Assembly (NCBI GenBank): GCA_026391215.1
Contig: JAPLDX010000048.1
Coordinates: 22,052-86,051 of the forward strand
Reading direction: 5' to 3'
Source of the DNA: Bacteroidia bacterium
GTDB taxonomy: Bacteria > Bacteroidota > Bacteroidia > Bacteroidales > VadinHA17
Length of the DNA: 64,000 nucleotides
The notes beneath the pieces were generated by a model, which was given only the letters and a program-made list of their open reading frames with translations, did not search any database and had not been told where the DNA came from. Of the stretch, positions 39,498 to 49,162 are shown piece by piece. The translations under genes and the position numbers were made by a program. Position 1 is the stretch's first letter, and each line of letters begins with the position of its first letter.

Positions 39498-42400
39498 ATG
39501 AATGGATTTTTTCTGAAAAAACAGGGTTTATTGTGGATTTTATTATTTAGTAACCTGACTCTATTTCCGCAAACATTCACAGAACTGACCGGGACAACAA
39601 TTCCTGGTGTAAACTATAGTTCGATATCACCAGGTGACATTGACAAAGATGGTAACCTGGATTTTTTTATTACGGGTTCTGCAGGTTCTTCACTCTTGTC
39701 TAAAATCTACATCAATAATGGTAACAGTACATTTACAGAACTCTCAAGTGTTTATTTCCCGGGGGTGTTTTATGGATCTGCATGCTGGAGGGACTATGAT
39801 AATGATGGAGACTTAGATATACTCCTTACCGGTTCAATAAATATATCAATTTCCTCAGCAGATCTGATTTCAAAAATTTATCGCAATGATGGATCAAATA
39901 CGTTTACTTCACTTTCAGGTATAAATATTACTCCACTCTACTATAGCTTTACTGACTGGGGCGATTATGATAACGATGGCTATTCAGATATTTTAATCTC
40001 AGGTGCCACTGGATCAGATGTAGCAGTTACAAAAATATATCACAATAATGGAGATGATACGTTTTCTGAAGAAACGGGGATAATTATTCAAAGTGTACAA
40101 CGTGGGATAACAAAATGGGTTGATTTCGACACTGACGGATATCTGGATATTTTTATTTCAGGATCAAGTAGTCAGGGTATAATCTCAAAATTCTATCATA
40201 ATAATGGTAACGGTACTTTTACTACTATAATAAACACAAACATACCTGGTATGGCTGATGGATCAGTTGAATGGTGTGACTATGATAATGACGGAGACCC
40301 GGATTTTTTGATATCGGGTTTAGGTCTTACAAGAATATACAGGAATGATGGGAATTGTATTTTTACTCAACAATCTAATATAACACTCCCGGGATTGCGT
40401 TATAGTTCAGCTAGTTGGGGTGACTATGATAACGATGGTCATTCCGATTTTGTTATAACCGGCTCCACAAATAGTTCTTATTCAGGAGCAATTACGAAGA
40501 TTTATCATAACAATGGCAATGATACATTTACCGAACTTTCAGGCACCAGCTTACCAGGTGTTTATAAAGGCTCAGTAATATGGGCAGATCTGGACAAAGA
40601 TGGGAGACTTGATCTAATGTTGTCAGGCATTAATTCCAGTAATACCAGGATAACCAAAATATTTAAGAACAATACTACTGTTTCAAATAATGCACCATTA
40701 TCAGTTGGAGGATTATTGAGCTCTGTGAATGATTCCTCCGTAGTATTAAAATGGAATAGAGTTCAGGGTGATTCAACACCAGCCAGGGGGATGAGCTTCA
40801 ATATCAGAATTGGATTTTCTCCTGGTGCTGGTAATATTGTTTCGCCTATGGTGAATGGATCAGGGTACAGACTCTTAACTGGATATGGCAATACATTCTC
40901 TGACACAATATTTATTTTAAAACATCTTAAGAAAAATACATATTACTGGAGTGTCCAGGCTATTGATAATGGATATTCAGCCGGGCCATTTGCAAGCGAT
41001 CAGCTCTTTACATTTTCGGCTTCTTTACAAGCTTATAAAGTCATAACGGAAAGGATCCAGGGATCGGCTGTTGATCTTCGGTGGCAACGCGGGAATGGAA
41101 ATGGTTGTATGGTATTTGCTAAAAAAGATAACCTTGGCTACGCATCTCCTCAGAATAATACTTCCTACATAGCTAATTCACATTTTGGGCTTGGTACTCA
41201 AATTGGCTCCACAGGATGGTTCTGCGTCTACAATGGTACAGACATGACTGTTACTGTAACAGATCTTGAAGGCTTAACTGATTATATTTTTCAGGTATTT
41301 GAGTATAACACCGGACCCCTGTTTTACAATAATTCCGGGCAGGGAAATCCTGTAACTGCCAGGACATCTGTTTTTACAGAACAAACTGGTTTAAATCTTT
41401 ATGGTGATATTTGGAGTTCCGAACAGTGGGGAGATTATAACAATGATGGATATCTTGATCTTATTATTGCTGGTTATAGTGAAACGAAAATTTACATGAA
41501 TAATGGGGACAAAACCTTTTCCGAACAAACTGGAATTAGCCCTCCAGCTACATATCATGGTGTTGTGAAATGGGGAGATTACAATAATGATGGGTATCTT
41601 GATATACTGATTTCCGGGTATGGATTTTCAAAAATATACAGGAATAACGGTGGTACTACTTTTACTGAAATGCCATCTGCCGGATTTATCGGACTTACAT
41701 CAAGCTCTGCCGATTGGGGCGATTTAGATAACGATGGTGATCTTGATGTTATACTTAGTGGTATGTCCGGCACAACTGAGGTGACAAAAATATATCGGAA
41801 TAATGGAGATAACAGCTTTACTGAACAACCCGGAATTGATATTTCTGGCTCCTCCAGCGGGATAATTAAATGTGTTGATTATAATAATGATAGTTATATT
41901 GATATATTTATTTCAAGTGCCAATTTTTCAAAAATATACCATAATAATTCAGATTTTACATTTACTGAACAAACAGATATAAATCTATTTGCCATTCAAA
42001 ATGGTTCTGTTGACTGGGGTGATTATGACAATGATGGAAGAATTGATGTAATAATAGCAGGATATAATGGTGCATACGGAGTGCGAACAAAAGTATACCG
42101 CAATCTTGGAAATAATGTTTTTTCTGAGCAGAACGATATAGTTTTACCAGTGCTTCAGGATTGTTCCATAGTCTGGGGTGATTATAATAGTGATGGGTAT
42201 TTGGATATTTTAATGTCGGGAGATAACTGGTACATTCCCATGACTAAAATATATTTAAACAACAGGGATAATACTTTTTCAGTGCAAGATAATATCAGCC
42301 TGCCTGACTTAAGTTATTCTGCTGCCGCATGGGCAGATTGCGACAATGACAACGATCTGGATTTTCTGGTTACAGGCACAACCACTTCAGGCATTTCAAA

Positions 42401-45400
42401 GTCATTTATTTTCCTTAATGACCTTATAGTCAAAAATACTCGACCTCAATCTCCTATGGGATTGAAAGTTACAAAGGATACATATAGTACTATACTCTCC
42501 TGGAATCCTGTTACAACTGATGAAACTCCCCCCAAAGGATTATCCTATAATCTTCTGGTCGGAACAACCTCCGGGGGAGAACAAATAAAAACTGCTATGT
42601 CATCTGTCATAGGTTTTCACCGATTGGCATCTTACGGAAACTGTTTCCTTGACACATTTTATATTTTGAGAAACCTCCTGCCAAAAACTTATTACTGGAC
42701 AGTTCAGGCAATTGATAACGGTTTTTATAGCAGTTCTTTTGCACCGGAAAATAGTTTTACTATTGACAGTATCCAGTCGAGCAGGCTAGAAGGGGAGCTT
42801 TTAAGCAATAATAGCTCTGGTATAAAAGTTAAGTGGAAGAACGGAAATGGATCACATAGGATAGTATTCTGTAAACAAGGCACATCCGGAATTGCATTAC
42901 CTGTTAACAATAAAACATACTCAGATGATCCTATCTTCGGATATGGTGACCAGATTTCAAATTCGGGATGGTATTGCGTCTTTAATGGAAGAGCAGACAG
43001 TACAACAGTTTATGGCTTATCTCCAGGTGTTGCTTATTCCTTCAATGTCATTGAATATATCGGAATGACAGGCAATGAGAAATATTATAGATGTTCAGGA
43101 GCAGCAAATCCCGGTATCTTTTCCACAGGCATTTTTTCTGAACAAACGGACATAAGCCTTTCAGAATCTTATCATGTTGCCTGGGGTGATTATGATAATG
43201 ATGGACTGTTAGATATATTGCTTTCCGGCTATCCTTCAAAGGTATATCATAATAATGGTGATAATTCTTTTACTCAACTAAGCGGCGTCACCTTTCCAAA
43301 TAGTGCTTTTGCAACATGGAGCGATTTTGACAACGATGGAGATCTAGATATTTTTGTACCAGTAGATCTGGGTTTAAAAATATTTTTGAATAATAACAGT
43401 ATCTTTTCCGAAATCCCGGAATTAACGACTCCTATCAAAGACGCATATTCATTTAGCTGGTGTGATTATGATACTGATGGGAATATGGATTTTTTAATTA
43501 CCGGTACATCTGGAACCTACCCGGATTTTAATCCTGCTTCGATAATATATCACAATGACGGCGATAATAACTTCCAACCTCAGGAAGATATTGCTCTTGA
43601 AGGAGTTTGGTATAGTTCTTCAGTCTGGGGTGATTATGATAATGATGGTGATCTGGATATTCTTTTAACTGGTACTAATTCTTCTTCAAAGTTTACAAAA
43701 TTATATCGCAATGATGGCAAGAATAGTTTTATTGAACAATCCGATATCCAGCTTGCCAGAGTCTATCTGAGTTCAATTGCCTGGGGTGATTATGATAATG
43801 ATGAAGATCTGGATATTTTATTGACCGGTGCTGGAGCTGGAAGAATATCCAAGATATACCGGAATGAGCGCAATAATAAATTTAATGAACAGACAGGAAT
43901 AAACCTGACGGGAGTTGATTACGGGTCTGTTGCCTGGGGTGATTATGATAATGATGGCTATCTGGATATTCTGTTGACCGGAAGAACACAGCAGGGCAAT
44001 AATATTTCGAAGATTTATCATAATAACGGTAATAACTCATTTACAGAGGTAACCAGTATATTCCTTACTGGTGTTTTTGTAAGCTCAGTCGCTTGTGGTG
44101 ATTATGATAATGATGGTGATCTCGATATTTTGATGTCAGGCAACACTGGATCGGCTAATATTACTAAAGTCTACAGGAATAATATTATAATGAAATCAGG
44201 CAGCTTTACCGCAAATATTAAGCCGGGTACCATTTTGAATAATAAGGTTTTATTTCAGCCTGATGGCATAAAGCTGGCCTGGTCACCTTTAAAGGAAGAT
44301 GAAACGCCCTACAAAGCAATGACATATAATATTCGAATTGGCAATTCAAGAAAAGGTTCAAATATTTGCCCTTCTCAAACAGATTCTATAACCGGATATC
44401 GCAGAATAAATGAAATGGGTAATGCCAATATGGATACCACTTATTTTATAAGAAATCTTGCTTCAGGAAAATATTACTGGAGTGTCCAGGCAGTTGACCA
44501 GGGATACATGGGTGGAACATGGTCCGCGATAGATTCTTTTGAAGTCAGAAATGTCCAGGCGTTCTATTCTGCAGACGAAGTATGCCTTGGACTCTCAACC
44601 ACTTTTACTGATCAGTCTGTTGCCACCGACAGCATTGCTGAATGGAAGTGGGATTTCAGGGACGGATCCTCATCTTCTGAACAGAATCCGGTTCATACCT
44701 ATTCCATTAGTGGAAATTACAACGTAAAACTGGTAATTACTGATAATAGCGGCATTAAAGACTCTCTGGAACAGAGCGTTATCGTTAAACCTAAACCGCT
44801 TACAGGCTTTTCCGCACCGGCTGTATGCCAGGGAATACCTGTAACTACGACTAACACAACGAATAACAATGGATTGACAATTTCTTCATGGAGCTGGAAT
44901 TTTGGAGACGGAGGTACATCAACCGATCTGCAACCGGCTCCACACGGATACCTTAATGCAGGCGATTATTCGGTAAAATTGAAAGCTGTTGGTTCAAATG
45001 GCTGTGCAGATTCCGTAACAAATATTGTTTCAGTCGGAAGCTATCCTGTTGCCGCAGTAACAGCAAATGCACCCCTTACTTTCTGCAAAGGAGACAGTGT
45101 TACTCTGTCAGTTCCATATAATGCTGATTACCTGTACACCTGGAAAGTAGACGGAACAAATCTGACAGGCGGCGATTCAAGCAAATATATGTCAAAACTG
45201 ACCGGCAGCTATTCTGTCGAGTTGGTTAATCCGAAAGGAAGCTGTACAACAACCTCTTCTGCCGTTGCAATAACAGTTAAGGATGCTCCGGCAGCTCCCC
45301 TGATATCTGCAGCCGGAGTTGTGACATTCTGCCAGGGCGATTCTGTAATTTTAAGTGTAACGAATACACTTAATTATACTTATCAGTGGAAGCTCAACGG

Positions 45401-46523
45401 GGGCGCCGTTGGTAGTAATTCCTGTCGATTCTCAGCAAAAAACGGCGGAACATATAACCTTAGTGTCACGAATTCAACCGGATGTTCAGTTGCTTCAACA
45501 AACTCAGTAACTGTTACAGTCAACCCGTCGCCAACGGCTGGCAATATCAGTCTTCAAGGTGAAAAGTCGTTCTGTGAGGGGGAATCGGCTACTCTGAGCG
45601 TACCATTAACAGCAGGGTATACATATAAATGGAGAAACGAAAACGAACTTATTCCGGGAGCTGAAGCAGAAAGTTATGTTGTCACTGCCTCAGGAACATA
45701 CCAGTTAGAAATCTCGAACTCATCAGGCTGCTTAGTGAGGACTACCCCCGTCAGTATTACAGTGAAACCGACACCTGAAAGGCCTGTTCTTAGATCAACC
45801 AACTATACAAAAGACGTTTGCCCGGGAGACAATCCTATAAGGTTAAGCGCCATCCGGGAAGTTGCAGAGTATGGTTACCTGTGGTACAAGGATGGACAAC
45901 CGCAGTATAGTGATACTCTTTCATATATTGAATTCTACGAAGGAGGATTCTATATGCTTGAAGCGAAACTGAGCGAGTGTTCGAGTGAATCCAAGGTTGA
46001 CACTATCAATCTCCCGAATGGTCCTGAGAAGCCGGTGATCTATGTCCGCGGATCGATAGTCTGGTATCTTGCATGCAGCAATATGACGGCAAATGATTAC
46101 AGGTGGTATCGTGACGGGAAACTGATAGAGGGTGCTAAGAGCTATTTTTATGTAGCCGGCAATATAGTAGGACTATACCAGGTAAGTATAGCAGATATCC
46201 AGGGATGCTTTACCAGAAGCGATTTGGTGGCCGTTCCCGCAGGTTACACCGGAATAGATGATGTTGATCTTTTTACCGGACTTAAAATTTACCCGAATCC
46301 AACCACCGGACTGATCAACATTGAAATTGAAAATGAGATTATTGGTGATCTTTTAATCAAGATTATTAATCAGGATGGGAAAGAATTATATAACTTTATC
46401 TTCGAAAAAAGTTCAGCTTATTTTTCAACTGAACTGAACCTGGGAGGACAACCTGAAGGATATTATTTGATTATCTTTGATTTAAACAGAAAGCTTGCAG
46501 TAAAAAAGATCATTTTAGAATAA
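39498..46523 (+). CDS. T9SS type-A cargo, 2341 aa: 3 FG-GAP propeller units with FN3-like domains, 2 PKD, about 5 Ig-like domains, CTD
   Basis: Signal peptide ending TLFP-Q. 21 blades. WDFRDG and WNFGDG PKD motifs. FCKGDSV, FCQGDSV and FCEGES repeats. C-terminal IYPNPTTG...KKIILE. Confidence 0.9.
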   Translation: MNGFFLKKQGLLWILLFSNLTLFPQTFTELTGTTIPGVNYSSISPGDIDKDGNLDFFITGSAGSSLLSKIYINNGNSTFTELSSVYFPGVFYGSACWRDYDNDGDLDILLTGSINISISSADLISKIYRNDGSNTFTSLSGINITPLYYSFTDWGDYDNDGYSDILISGATGSDVAVTKIYHNNGDDTFSEETGIIIQSVQRGITKWVDFDTDGYLDIFISGSSSQGIISKFYHNNGNGTFTTIINTNIPGMADGSVEWCDYDNDGDPDFLISGLGLTRIYRNDGNCIFTQQSNITLPGLRYSSASWGDYDNDGHSDFVITGSTNSSYSGAITKIYHNNGNDTFTELSGTSLPGVYKGSVIWADLDKDGRLDLMLSGINSSNTRITKIFKNNTTVSNNAPLSVGGLLSSVNDSSVVLKWNRVQGDSTPARGMSFNIRIGFSPGAGNIVSPMVNGSGYRLLTGYGNTFSDTIFILKHLKKNTYYWSVQAIDNGYSAGPFASDQLFTFSASLQAYKVITERIQGSAVDLRWQRGNGNGCMVFAKKDNLGYASPQNNTSYIANSHFGLGTQIGSTGWFCVYNGTDMTVTVTDLEGLTDYIFQVFEYNTGPLFYNNSGQGNPVTARTSVFTEQTGLNLYGDIWSSEQWGDYNNDGYLDLIIAGYSETKIYMNNGDKTFSEQTGISPPATYHGVVKWGDYNNDGYLDILISGYGFSKIYRNNGGTTFTEMPSAGFIGLTSSSADWGDLDNDGDLDVILSGMSGTTEVTKIYRNNGDNSFTEQPGIDISGSSSGIIKCVDYNNDSYIDIFISSANFSKIYHNNSDFTFTEQTDINLFAIQNGSVDWGDYDNDGRIDVIIAGYNGAYGVRTKVYRNLGNNVFSEQNDIVLPVLQDCSIVWGDYNSDGYLDILMSGDNWYIPMTKIYLNNRDNTFSVQDNISLPDLSYSAAAWADCDNDNDLDFLVTGTTTSGISKSFIFLNDLIVKNTRPQSPMGLKVTKDTYSTILSWNPVTTDETPPKGLSYNLLVGTTSGGEQIKTAMSSVIGFHRLASYGNCFLDTFYILRNLLPKTYYWTVQAIDNGFYSSSFAPENSFTIDSIQSSRLEGELLSNNSSGIKVKWKNGNGSHRIVFCKQGTSGIALPVNNKTYSDDPIFGYGDQISNSGWYCVFNGRADSTTVYGLSPGVAYSFNVIEYIGMTGNEKYYRCSGAANPGIFSTGIFSEQTDISLSESYHVAWGDYDNDGLLDILLSGYPSKVYHNNGDNSFTQLSGVTFPNSAFATWSDFDNDGDLDIFVPVDLGLKIFLNNNSIFSEIPELTTPIKDAYSFSWCDYDTDGNMDFLITGTSGTYPDFNPASIIYHNDGDNNFQPQEDIALEGVWYSSSVWGDYDNDGDLDILLTGTNSSSKFTKLYRNDGKNSFIEQSDIQLARVYLSSIAWGDYDNDEDLDILLTGAGAGRISKIYRNERNNKFNEQTGINLTGVDYGSVAWGDYDNDGYLDILLTGRTQQGNNISKIYHNNGNNSFTEVTSIFLTGVFVSSVACGDYDNDGDLDILMSGNTGSANITKVYRNNIIMKSGSFTANIKPGTILNNKVLFQPDGIKLAWSPLKEDETPYKAMTYNIRIGNSRKGSNICPSQTDSITGYRRINEMGNANMDTTYFIRNLASGKYYWSVQAVDQGYMGGTWSAIDSFEVRNVQAFYSADEVCLGLSTTFTDQSVATDSIAEWKWDFRDGSSSSEQNPVHTYSISGNYNVKLVITDNSGIKDSLEQSVIVKPKPLTGFSAPAVCQGIPVTTTNTTNNNGLTISSWSWNFGDGGTSTDLQPAPHGYLNAGDYSVKLKAVGSNGCADSVTNIVSVGSYPVAAVTANAPLTFCKGDSVTLSVPYNADYLYTWKVDGTNLTGGDSSKYMSKLTGSYSVELVNPKGSCTTTSSAVAITVKDAPAAPLISAAGVVTFCQGDSVILSVTNTLNYTYQWKLNGGAVGSNSCRFSAKNGGTYNLSVTNSTGCSVASTNSVTVTVNPSPTAGNISLQGEKSFCEGESATLSVPLTAGYTYKWRNENELIPGAEAESYVVTASGTYQLEISNSSGCLVRTTPVSITVKPTPERPVLRSTNYTKDVCPGDNPIRLSAIREVAEYGYLWYKDGQPQYSDTLSYIEFYEGGFYMLEAKLSECSSESKVDTINLPNGPEKPVIYVRGSIVWYLACSNMTANDYRWYRDGKLIEGAKSYFYVAGNIVGLYQVSIADIQGCFTRSDLVAVPAGYTGIDDVDLFTGLKIYPNPTTGLINIEIENEIIGDLLIKIINQDGKELYNFIFEKSSAYFSTELNLGGQPEGYYLIIFDLNRKLAVKKIILE

Positions 46524-46533
46524 TTATATATAA

Positions 46534-48507
46534 ATGAAACGATCAGCTCCTCTTATCCTGTTTATCATTTTTAATCTCATACCCGGATTAAAGGCTCAGG
46601 TTGAATTTTCAGATAAAGAGAAGTCTATAATTTATACAAACGCCGTGAAGGTGCTTGAGGATTATCAGACAACGATAAATCAAATGGGTGAATATGTTAT
46701 AAGTGATATCGAGAAAGCCAAAAGCAGCGCTGAAGCCTTCCTTGAGCTTTTTGTAAACAGGCAGGTATTTATCTATAATGATCTGGACCCCACAAATAAA
46801 CAGACCCAAAAACTTAGTGAATTTTACGAGGCTGAAACATATTCAAACAGTATAATACTCTGGTATCCCGACGGCATAACAATTAACCTCGACCTTACCA
46901 ACGCGAAGGTGAGTAATATAATGTCGCACGAAAACAATATCTACTCAATCGACATACTCGCTAAAAAATCAATAAATGGCAACTTTCAGAACCAGACACT
47001 TAACCAGAACGTGGAGGATCTGACTTTCAGGATTGCTTTCAGCATGGAGAATAAAACATTAGGCGACTTCAGGATTGTTGGAATCAGAAGCGCAGCATCA
47101 AACACAGTGGTTGACTATTCACAGGCGCTTAAAGAGGTTAACGCAGAAGACCTTAATGATGTGGATCTGGCCAAGATCCAGAGTGAAATAAAAGCTATAC
47201 TCCAGGATTATACAAATTTCCTTTCATTAATTGGTGATCCTCAGGAGCCTGCCGAGGACAAGGAATTCTATAAGGAGAGCTTTCTCAAACTCTTCCCGGC
47301 CAACGATACCAGGGTCTATAACGATATTTCACCAGAACCGGAAACAAGCCTGATTTCTGTTGCAGATTATTTGACCAGCTATATTGCCGATTATCCGAAC
47401 GGGATAAAAAACCTCTCCATAAATGCTGATTCAGCAAAATTCGGCAAAGTGATAAAAGCTGATGACGGAAGCTTCTTTACCTATACCAATGCCAATAAAT
47501 TCTTTTCAGGAAGCTATAAAGGCAAGGATGCTTTCAGAAAACCTTTTGCACTCATCTTTAAAATCTCATTTAAGTCTGTTGAAAAGACATTCTCGGATTT
47601 CCGGATAAGCAGTATTGATATATCCGCAGTTGATTTCTATGAAGCAACTCCCGGAGCAGCTGGTGCAGGAGAACTTCCGCAGATAGTAATTAAACCTGTT
47701 ACCAGAAAAGGTTTTGTTATTTCACTTATCGGTTCATTCGGATTGACAAACATAACTAACAAGAACATTGAATCCCTCACACTTCCCAAAGATTCGGTTT
47801 CCTGGAATACTTCACCCCTGTCAGGCTATATAACCGCTCTTGGAGTCAGTTACTATTTCAACGACAATATTTCTGTACGTAGTGGGCTGGAGTTCAACAC
47901 ATATTCCGCAAAATATGACCTGTCTGGTAAATTCGGGAATAAGATCCTTACAGCTGATATCAATTCCGACCAGTTTTACAAAAAAATTGTAGCTGATTAT
48001 GATTCGACAGTTACAATCAATTATCTGACTCTCCCGATCCTTGCTGGCTATACAAGCGGAAAACCGGGGAAATTCGGATTTTTTGCAGAAGGAGGAATAA
48101 AAATATCCATACCTCAGAAAGCCTCATATAAAACTTCAGGTAAATATAAATACTGGGGCTATTATCCTGACAATCCTACTGTACTTCAGCGTATGGATCC
48201 GGAAATAATGGATCCGGACAATACAGGCACTCTTACTCCTTTTGGGTATTACTACAAGCCTGATATTGACGAAACAAACACGGTAAAAATAAAGGGTTTC
48301 AACCTGGCCTTCTATGCATCTGCAGGTATAAATATTCCGCTCGGGTACTATTCTTCTATTACATTTGGCCCGGAAGCTATAATAGGTCTTACGGATATTG
48401 GAAGCGACAAAGGAAAATACCTCGATATTTTTGGCACAGAACACGATCACATGCCAACAAAGATCAAAAGTTTTGGTTTCAGAATAAGTTTAGCATACAA
48501 ATTGTAG
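46534..48507 (+). CDS. Predicted outer-membrane beta-barrel protein (PorT/OMP_b-brl_2-like C-terminus) with two tandem N-terminal domains of unknown function
   Basis: Signal peptide ending LKA-Q. Internal repeat LEDY...FLELF...YNDLDP...YPDGI versus LQDY...FLKLF...YNDISP...YPNGI. C-terminal amphipathic strands, a YLTLPI motif and terminal FGFRISLAYKL. Confidence 0.65.
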   Translation: MKRSAPLILFIIFNLIPGLKAQVEFSDKEKSIIYTNAVKVLEDYQTTINQMGEYVISDIEKAKSSAEAFLELFVNRQVFIYNDLDPTNKQTQKLSEFYEAETYSNSIILWYPDGITINLDLTNAKVSNIMSHENNIYSIDILAKKSINGNFQNQTLNQNVEDLTFRIAFSMENKTLGDFRIVGIRSAASNTVVDYSQALKEVNAEDLNDVDLAKIQSEIKAILQDYTNFLSLIGDPQEPAEDKEFYKESFLKLFPANDTRVYNDISPEPETSLISVADYLTSYIADYPNGIKNLSINADSAKFGKVIKADDGSFFTYTNANKFFSGSYKGKDAFRKPFALIFKISFKSVEKTFSDFRISSIDISAVDFYEATPGAAGAGELPQIVIKPVTRKGFVISLIGSFGLTNITNKNIESLTLPKDSVSWNTSPLSGYITALGVSYYFNDNISVRSGLEFNTYSAKYDLSGKFGNKILTADINSDQFYKKIVADYDSTVTINYLTLPILAGYTSGKPGKFGFFAEGGIKISIPQKASYKTSGKYKYWGYYPDNPTVLQRMDPEIMDPDNTGTLTPFGYYYKPDIDETNTVKIKGFNLAFYASAGINIPLGYYSSITFGPEAIIGLTDIGSDKGKYLDIFGTEHDHMPTKIKSFGFRISLAYKL

Positions 48508-48523
48508 TGTAACAAAGAAAACA

Positions 48524-49162
48524 ATGGATTATATGCCTAAGAGAATCTTAATAACACTGGCGATATTGTTTGTAAGCCTCTGTGTCACAGCACAGGAGAC
48601 AAAAACTGCCATTACCAGCAAACAGGCAAAAATTACAGATGAAATTAACCTGAGCGCTGCCGATATTGAATTATTCAAGCAACAAACCAAGCAGAAAGTT
48701 GAAGAATTCCAGCAATATATTGTCACACTTGGAAGCAAGGATGAACCTGCCGAAAAGCGTAACATGGCCGAAAAAGAAGCATTAAAGCTCTTCTACAAAG
48801 GCGCCGAAATGGAAATAACGACAATTCTTCCGGATGGAACAGTACAGAAAGTAAACCGGCCGATGGAAAAATACCTGGCCCGACTGAAGTCCCTTCCTTT
48901 TACCAAGGTCATTATTAAATTCTACGATATTGCATATATAAGGGAATTTACAAAAGGTCCTGATGGCAAGTATTACTCAACAGCTACCATAATCCAGGAA
49001 TTCACAGGCTTCAGCAATGACGATATTATTTACACAGATGTCACTAAAAAGGAAGTGGAAATCATAATCGATATTGTTGAGGATACCTTTTTCCAGGAAA
49101 AAAGATGGAAGATATTCCTTGGCGATATCAAAGCTACAGAAACAAAAACAGCCGTTTCCTGA
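48524..49162 (+). CDS. Exported hypothetical protein; stand-alone homolog of the repeated domain of 46534-48507
   Basis: Signal peptide ending VTA-Q (start 48524 or 48533). LGSKDEPAEKR...ALKLF aligns with IGDPQEPAEDK...FLKLF; KGPDGKYY...EFTG aligns with KADDGSFF...FFSG. Confidence 0.75.
   Translation: MDYMPKRILITLAILFVSLCVTAQETKTAITSKQAKITDEINLSAADIELFKQQTKQKVEEFQQYIVTLGSKDEPAEKRNMAEKEALKLFYKGAEMEITTILPDGTVQKVNRPMEKYLARLKSLPFTKVIIKFYDIAYIREFTKGPDGKYYSTATIIQEFTGFSNDDIIYTDVTKKEVEIIIDIVEDTFFQEKRWKIFLGDIKATETKTAVS

Noticed and set aside
8660-44130. Highly recurrent about 24-nt word (TGGGGnGAyTAyGAyAAyGAyGG) resembling a CRISPR repeat
   Set aside because: It encodes WGDYDNDG in frame, varies at synonymous positions, has 120-190 nt coding spacers and no cas genes nearby.
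91-48765. Many 60-110 aa ORFs on other frames or the minus strand inside the large genes
   Set aside because: They lie wholly within long, motif-rich ORFs, show no recognisable motifs and often mirror the repeat periodicity; treated as shadow ORFs.
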